Assembly (NCBI RefSeq): GCF_055900595.2
Contig: NZ_CM148325.1
DNA: 64,000 nt
Reading direction: 5' to 3' (one strand)
The notes under the pieces are model-generated. The model worked only from the letters and a program-made list of their open reading frames with translations, was not told where the DNA came from and made no database searches. Below are positions 57,717 through 64,000 of the stretch, piece after piece. Position 1 is the first letter of the stretch; each line of letters opens with the position of its first letter. The translations under genes were made by a program, and so were the position numbers.

Positions 57717-59198
57717 TCAGTTACGGAAAGGGTTATGACCGTTACTGGTAGTCGTGCGTGCGGATGCTTGCTGAACGGCTGGGGCCGGGCTATCTGGTGC
57801 ATAACCATCAGCAATAGCATTTTGTTCTGGCGTTTGCGGCGCAACGTTTTCTGGATTAGTGGAAACCGGTTTGCTCAGCGCATTGTTCAGTGCCAGCAGA
57901 TCCTGCTCGTTCAACGTACCCAGAGCTGATTTAATATTCAACTGGTTAATCAGGTAGTTATAACGCGCATTCGCCAGCTCTTGCTTGGCGTTGTACAGCG
58001 TGGTGGTGGCATCCAGCACATCAACAATGGTACGCGTACCGACCGAGTAGCCCGCTTCCATCGCGTCTAATGAGCTTTGAGCGGAAACTACGGCTTGTTT
58101 GTAGGCGTTAATGCTACTGATAGAAGCATTAATATTGTTGAAGGAGGAACGTACGGTTTGCACGACGCTACGATGGGCGCTTTCCAGTTGCTCACTGGCA
58201 CCAACAAAGTTGTACTGGGCCTGTTTCACCTGCGAGTTAACCATTCCGCCCTGATAAATCGGCAGCGAGAAGCTCAGACCAACTTTGTTCTGGCCCATAT
58301 TGCTATCGTCATACTGGGTACCAGCGGCACCACGGGTTTTCGAACCGCTATATGAGGTGTCAGAAATCCCGGTAGAAGCCGTTAAATCCAGAGTCGGTAA
58401 GTGACCATCCTGCGCCTGGCGAATTTGCTCGCGCGCCAGGTCCTGGCTCAAACGTGCCTGTAACAGCGACAGGTTGCGTTTTTCGGCTTCTTTCAGCAGC
58501 GCGTTAACCGGCTGTGGTTTGTCGGTTTTAAAGTTATCGACATTCAGTGCCGCCAGTTCCGGATAGTAATTACCGGTGATCTGACGCAGTTGCTCTACAG
58601 CGTTATCGAGGTTATTACGTGCGGTCACTTCATTCGCCAGCACGGTATCGTACTGTGCACGGGCGTTCTGCACGTCGGTGATCGCCACCAGGCCCACGTT
58701 AAAACGTTGAGTGGTTTGATCTAACTGACGGTAGATCGCTTCTTTTTGCGCCTGCGTATAGGAAAGAACATCAATGGCATTCAACACGTTGAAATAAGCA
58801 GTCGCGGTGTTGAGGATCAAGGTTTGTTGATCGGTCTGATACGTGACGTCCTGAATACCCGCTGCTTTTTCCTGTAGCGTTAACGCACGCCATTTCGACA
58901 TATCAAAAATGGATTGAGTTAACTGCAGGGACGCACTGGTCGCGTTAGAGTTGATGCCGTTCGCGTCGCGGTAGCCGTTGCTATAGGTGTAATCTGCACC
59001 TAAACCTAGCTGTGGCAGTAATGGACTGCGCGCTTCATTAATTTTTTCAAAGGCAGCATCACGATCGGCGGCAGACTTACGCAATTCCGGGTTACTAAGG
59101 CGTGCTTGCTGATAAACTTGCATCAGGTTCTCGGCCTGGCTCAACGTACTGAACCCAGAAAGGCTCAGGCCGATAAGAATGGGGAGCAATTTCTTCAT
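57717..59198 (-). CDS. tolC: outer membrane efflux channel TolC
   Basis: start at ATG for MKKLLPILIGLSLSGFSTLSQA signal peptide (493 aa). Confidence 0.95.
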   Translation of the reverse strand: MKKLLPILIGLSLSGFSTLSQAENLMQVYQQARLSNPELRKSAADRDAAFEKINEARSPLLPQLGLGADYTYSNGYRDANGINSNATSASLQLTQSIFDMSKWRALTLQEKAAGIQDVTYQTDQQTLILNTATAYFNVLNAIDVLSYTQAQKEAIYRQLDQTTQRFNVGLVAITDVQNARAQYDTVLANEVTARNNLDNAVEQLRQITGNYYPELAALNVDNFKTDKPQPVNALLKEAEKRNLSLLQARLSQDLAREQIRQAQDGHLPTLDLTASTGISDTSYSGSKTRGAAGTQYDDSNMGQNKVGLSFSLPIYQGGMVNSQVKQAQYNFVGASEQLESAHRSVVQTVRSSFNNINASISSINAYKQAVVSAQSSLDAMEAGYSVGTRTIVDVLDATTTLYNAKQELANARYNYLINQLNIKSALGTLNEQDLLALNNALSKPVSTNPENVAPQTPEQNAIADGYAPDSPAPAVQQASARTTTSNGHNPFRN

Positions 59199-59402
59199 TT
59201 GCATTCCTTGTGGTGAAGCAGTATTTAGCGCGATCAAACTGTAAAATTATTGCGGATTCTAGCAGAAGCCGCTACCGCAAAAGGTTGGCGTTACGTGCCA
59301 TAGGGCGTTAATGTGCCTCAATTTAACACATGACTGCTCAAACGGCAGTCAAACGTCGCTGAAATTCACATTTAATTCACTATTAGTGCCAGGACATTAA
59401 CA

Positions 59403-60032
59403 ATGCTTAAGCCAGACAACCTGCCCGTTACTTTTGGCAAAAACGATGTTGAAATTATTGCACGAGAAACACTTTATCGCGGCTTTTTTTCATTAGATCT
59501 TTATAGATTTCGTCATCGTCTATTCAACGGGCAAATGAGTCGTGAGGTACGGCGGGAAATTTTTGAGCGCGGTCACGCCGCAGTCTTGCTACCCTTTGAC
59601 CCAGTGCGCGATGAAGTTGTGCTGATTGAGCAGATTCGGATTGCCGCGTATGACACCAGCGAAACCCCCTGGCTACTGGAGATGGTGGCCGGGATGATTG
59701 AAGAGGGTGAAAGTGTGGAAGATGTCGCCCGTCGCGAAGCGATTGAAGAGGCGGGACTGATAGTCAAACGGACCAAACCGGTGTTAAGTTTCCTGGCAAG
59801 CCCTGGGGGCACCAGTGAGCGTTCGTCAATTATGGTGGGCGAAGTGGACGCCACGACCGCAAGCGGTATTCACGGTCTGGCTGATGAAAACGAAGATATT
59901 CGCGTTCATGTGGTAAGCCGGGAACAGGCATACCAATGGGTAGAAGAGGGGAAAATCGACAACGCAGCGTCGGTCATCGCTTTGCAATGGCTGCAGCTGC
60001 ATCATCAAGCGTTAAAAAATGAGTGGGCATAA
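59403..60032 (+). CDS. nudF: ADP-ribose pyrophosphatase NudF (Nudix)
   Basis: 209 aa, Nudix box. Confidence 0.93.
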
Positions 60033-60455
60033 ATGAAGCGTTACACACCTGACTTTCCTGAAATGATGCGCCTGTGCGAGATGAACTTTTCACAATTGCG
60101 GCGTTTGTTACCGCGCAATGACGCACCCGGCGAAACTGTAAGCTATCAGGTGGCAAACGCACAATATCGGCTAACGATTGTGGAATCGACCCGATACACT
60201 ACCCTGGTGACAATCGAACAGACTGCGCCCGCGATCAGTTACTGGAGCCTTCCGTCAATGACGGTGCGTCTGTATCATGACGCGATGGTGGCTGAAGTGT
60301 GTTCAAGTCAGCAGATTTTTCGCTTCAAAGCGCGGTATGATTATCCTAATAAAAAGTTGCATCAACGCGACGAAAAGCATCAAATTAACCAGTTTTTAGC
60401 GGACTGGTTGCGATACTGTTTAGCACATGGAGCGATGGCGATTCCGGTTTATTAG
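60033..60455 (+). CDS. yqiB: DUF1249 protein YqiB
   Basis: 140 aa, start abuts nudF stop. Confidence 0.88.
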
Positions 60456-60479
60456 CGTCGTGAAACCTAAGGACACCAT

Positions 60480-61307
60480 TTGGAAAGCCTGTTAACCCTT
60501 CCTCTGGCTGGTGAGGCCAGAGTCAGGATTTTACAAATTACCGACACTCACCTGTTTGCGCAAAAGCACGAAGCCCTGTTGGGGGTAAATACCTGGGAAA
60601 GCTACCAGGCGGTGCTGGAGGCGATTCGTCCACACCAGCACGAATTCGACCTGATTGTCGCGACCGGTGATTTAGCGCAGGATCAATCCTCTGCGGCCTA
60701 TCAGCATTTCGCTGAAGGCATCGCAAGTTTTCGTGCGCCCTGCGTCTGGCTGCCGGGCAACCACGATTTTCAGCCTGCGATGTACAGCGCGCTACAGGAT
60801 GCGGGGATCTCCCCGGCGAAGCGGGTGTTTATTGGTGAGCAATGGCAAATCCTGTTGCTGGATAGCCAGGTGTTTGGCGTGCCGCACGGTGAGCTGAGCG
60901 AGTTTCAGCTTGAGTGGCTGGAACGTAAACTGGCTGATGCGCCAGAACGCCATACGTTGCTGCTGCTGCACCATCATCCGTTGCCTGCGGGCTGTAGCTG
61001 GCTTGACCAACACAGTCTGCGTAACGCGGGCGAACTGGATAACGTGCTGGCGAAGTTTCCGAACGTTAAATACTTGCTGTGTGGACATATCCATCAGGAG
61101 CTGGATCTCGACTGGAATGGTCGCCGCCTGCTGGCAACGCCATCGACCTGTGTACAGTTTAAGCCGCATTGTTCCAACTTTACGCTGGACACCATCGCGC
61201 CTGGCTGGCGTACGCTCGAGTTACATGCTGATGGTACGCTGACCACCGAGGTGCACCGCCTGGCGGACACACGTTTCCAACCTGATACCGCTTCAGAAGG
61301 CTACTGA
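60480..61307 (+). CDS. cpdA: 3',5'-cAMP phosphodiesterase CpdA (calcineurin-like metallophosphoesterase)
   Basis: 275 aa; start codon is TTG at 60480 after AAGGA RBS; D-x-H...GD...GNHD motifs. Confidence 0.9.
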   Translation: MESLLTLPLAGEARVRILQITDTHLFAQKHEALLGVNTWESYQAVLEAIRPHQHEFDLIVATGDLAQDQSSAAYQHFAEGIASFRAPCVWLPGNHDFQPAMYSALQDAGISPAKRVFIGEQWQILLLDSQVFGVPHGELSEFQLEWLERKLADAPERHTLLLLHHHPLPAGCSWLDQHSLRNAGELDNVLAKFPNVKYLLCGHIHQELDLDWNGRRLLATPSTCVQFKPHCSNFTLDTIAPGWRTLELHADGTLTTEVHRLADTRFQPDTASEGY

Positions 61308-61888
61308 TGTCTACGCTTCTTTATTTACACGGTTTCAACAGTTCGCCGCGCTCTGCAAAAGCGAGTTTGTTGAAAAACTGGCTGGCGGAACATCACCCTG
61401 ACGTTGAGATGATCATTCCGCAGTTACCACCGTACCCTTCCGATGCGGCAGAACTGCTGGAATCCATTGTCCTGGAACATGGCGGCGATTCGCTGGGGAT
61501 CGTCGGTTCATCACTGGGGGGATATTACGCCACCTGGTTGTCGCAATGTTTTATGCTGCCCGCCGTGGTGGTAAACCCAGCGGTGCGCCCGTTTGAACTG
61601 CTGACGGACTATCTCGGTCAGAACGAGAACCCCTACACCGGGCAGCAATATGTGCTAGAGTCACGCCATATTTACGATCTCAAAGTCATGCAGATTGACC
61701 CGCTGGAAGCGCCGGATTTGATTTGGCTGCTGCAACAGACGGGAGATGAAGTGCTGGATTACCGCCAGGCGGTGGCGTACTACGCTTCCTGCCGCCAGAC
61801 TGTTATAGAAGGCGGCAACCATGCATTCACAGGCTTCGAAGATTATTTCAACCCGATCGTCGATTTTCTTGGTCTGCACCATCTCTGA
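61307..61888 (+). CDS. yqiA: alpha/beta-hydrolase esterase YqiA
   Basis: 193 aa; ATG overlaps cpdA TGA by 1 nt. Confidence 0.9.
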   Translation: MSTLLYLHGFNSSPRSAKASLLKNWLAEHHPDVEMIIPQLPPYPSDAAELLESIVLEHGGDSLGIVGSSLGGYYATWLSQCFMLPAVVVNPAVRPFELLTDYLGQNENPYTGQQYVLESRHIYDLKVMQIDPLEAPDLIWLLQQTGDEVLDYRQAVAYYASCRQTVIEGGNHAFTGFEDYFNPIVDFLGLHHL

Positions 61889-61913
61889 CGATCAACTCGA
61901 ATTGCTAACTTAA

Positions 61914-63809
<1,896 letters not shown>

Positions 63810-63820
63810 AGGAAAGAACA

Positions 63821-63845
63821 TTGCCCGGTCAGGATGGCCGGGCAA
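63821..63845. terminator. bidirectional hairpin terminator (parE / ygiN)
   Basis: TTGCCCGG-TCAGGATGG-CCGGGCAA. Confidence 0.6.
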
Positions 63846-63856
63846 ACAAGGCAGGA

Positions 63857-64000
63857 TTAAATCCCTGGCTGCAGAATACGAATATTCATCTCCAGCACGT
63901 CGCCTTTTACGGCTTCGCTGTACGCCTTCATGTGCGGGGTTTGCAGATGCGCTTCAAGGTGCGCGATGCTTTCCCACTGCTCAATCATCACGATAGAATC
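63857..64000 (-). CDS. ygiN: quinol monooxygenase YgiN, C-terminal 47 codons only (gene runs off the window)
   Basis: minus-strand frame reads ...IVMIEQWESIAHLEAHLQTPHMKAYSEAVKGDVLEMNIRILQPGI-stop. Confidence 0.85.
   Translation of the reverse strand, partial: DSIVMIEQWESIAHLEAHLQTPHMKAYSEAVKGDVLEMNIRILQPGI

Overview
This 64 kb window is a contiguous Escherichia coli-type chromosomal segment matching the K-12 gene order from ygjV/sstT to parE/ygiN (about 69 min), in reverse orientation to K-12 numbering. Gene identities come from reading the supplied ORF translations (N-termini, motifs, lengths) and from recalled K-12 synteny; no database search was run. I call about 60 protein genes, one tRNA (ileX, anticodon CAU), an FMN riboswitch ahead of ribB, a yybP-ykoY-type leader ahead of alx, several REP/BIME clusters and a number of hairpin terminators. 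Accessory content: (1) an IS605-family element with divergent tnpA (Y1 HuH) and an apparently intact tnpB between ygiM and ygiF; (2) an IS200 copy between ribB and zupT; (3) two tandem ~377 bp sib/ibs type I toxin-antitoxin repeats between hldE and yqiK; (4) the higBA type II toxin-antitoxin pair. The ygiL-yqiGHI fimbrial operon that K-12 carries between ubiK and glgS is absent. The strain is therefore not K-12. No CRISPR array or rRNA is present. I found no convincing evidence of a wholly undescribed system; the most interesting candidate is the TnpB element and its predicted guide RNA. Coordinates of hairpins, REP blocks and IS boundaries are approximate (a few bp to tens of bp).
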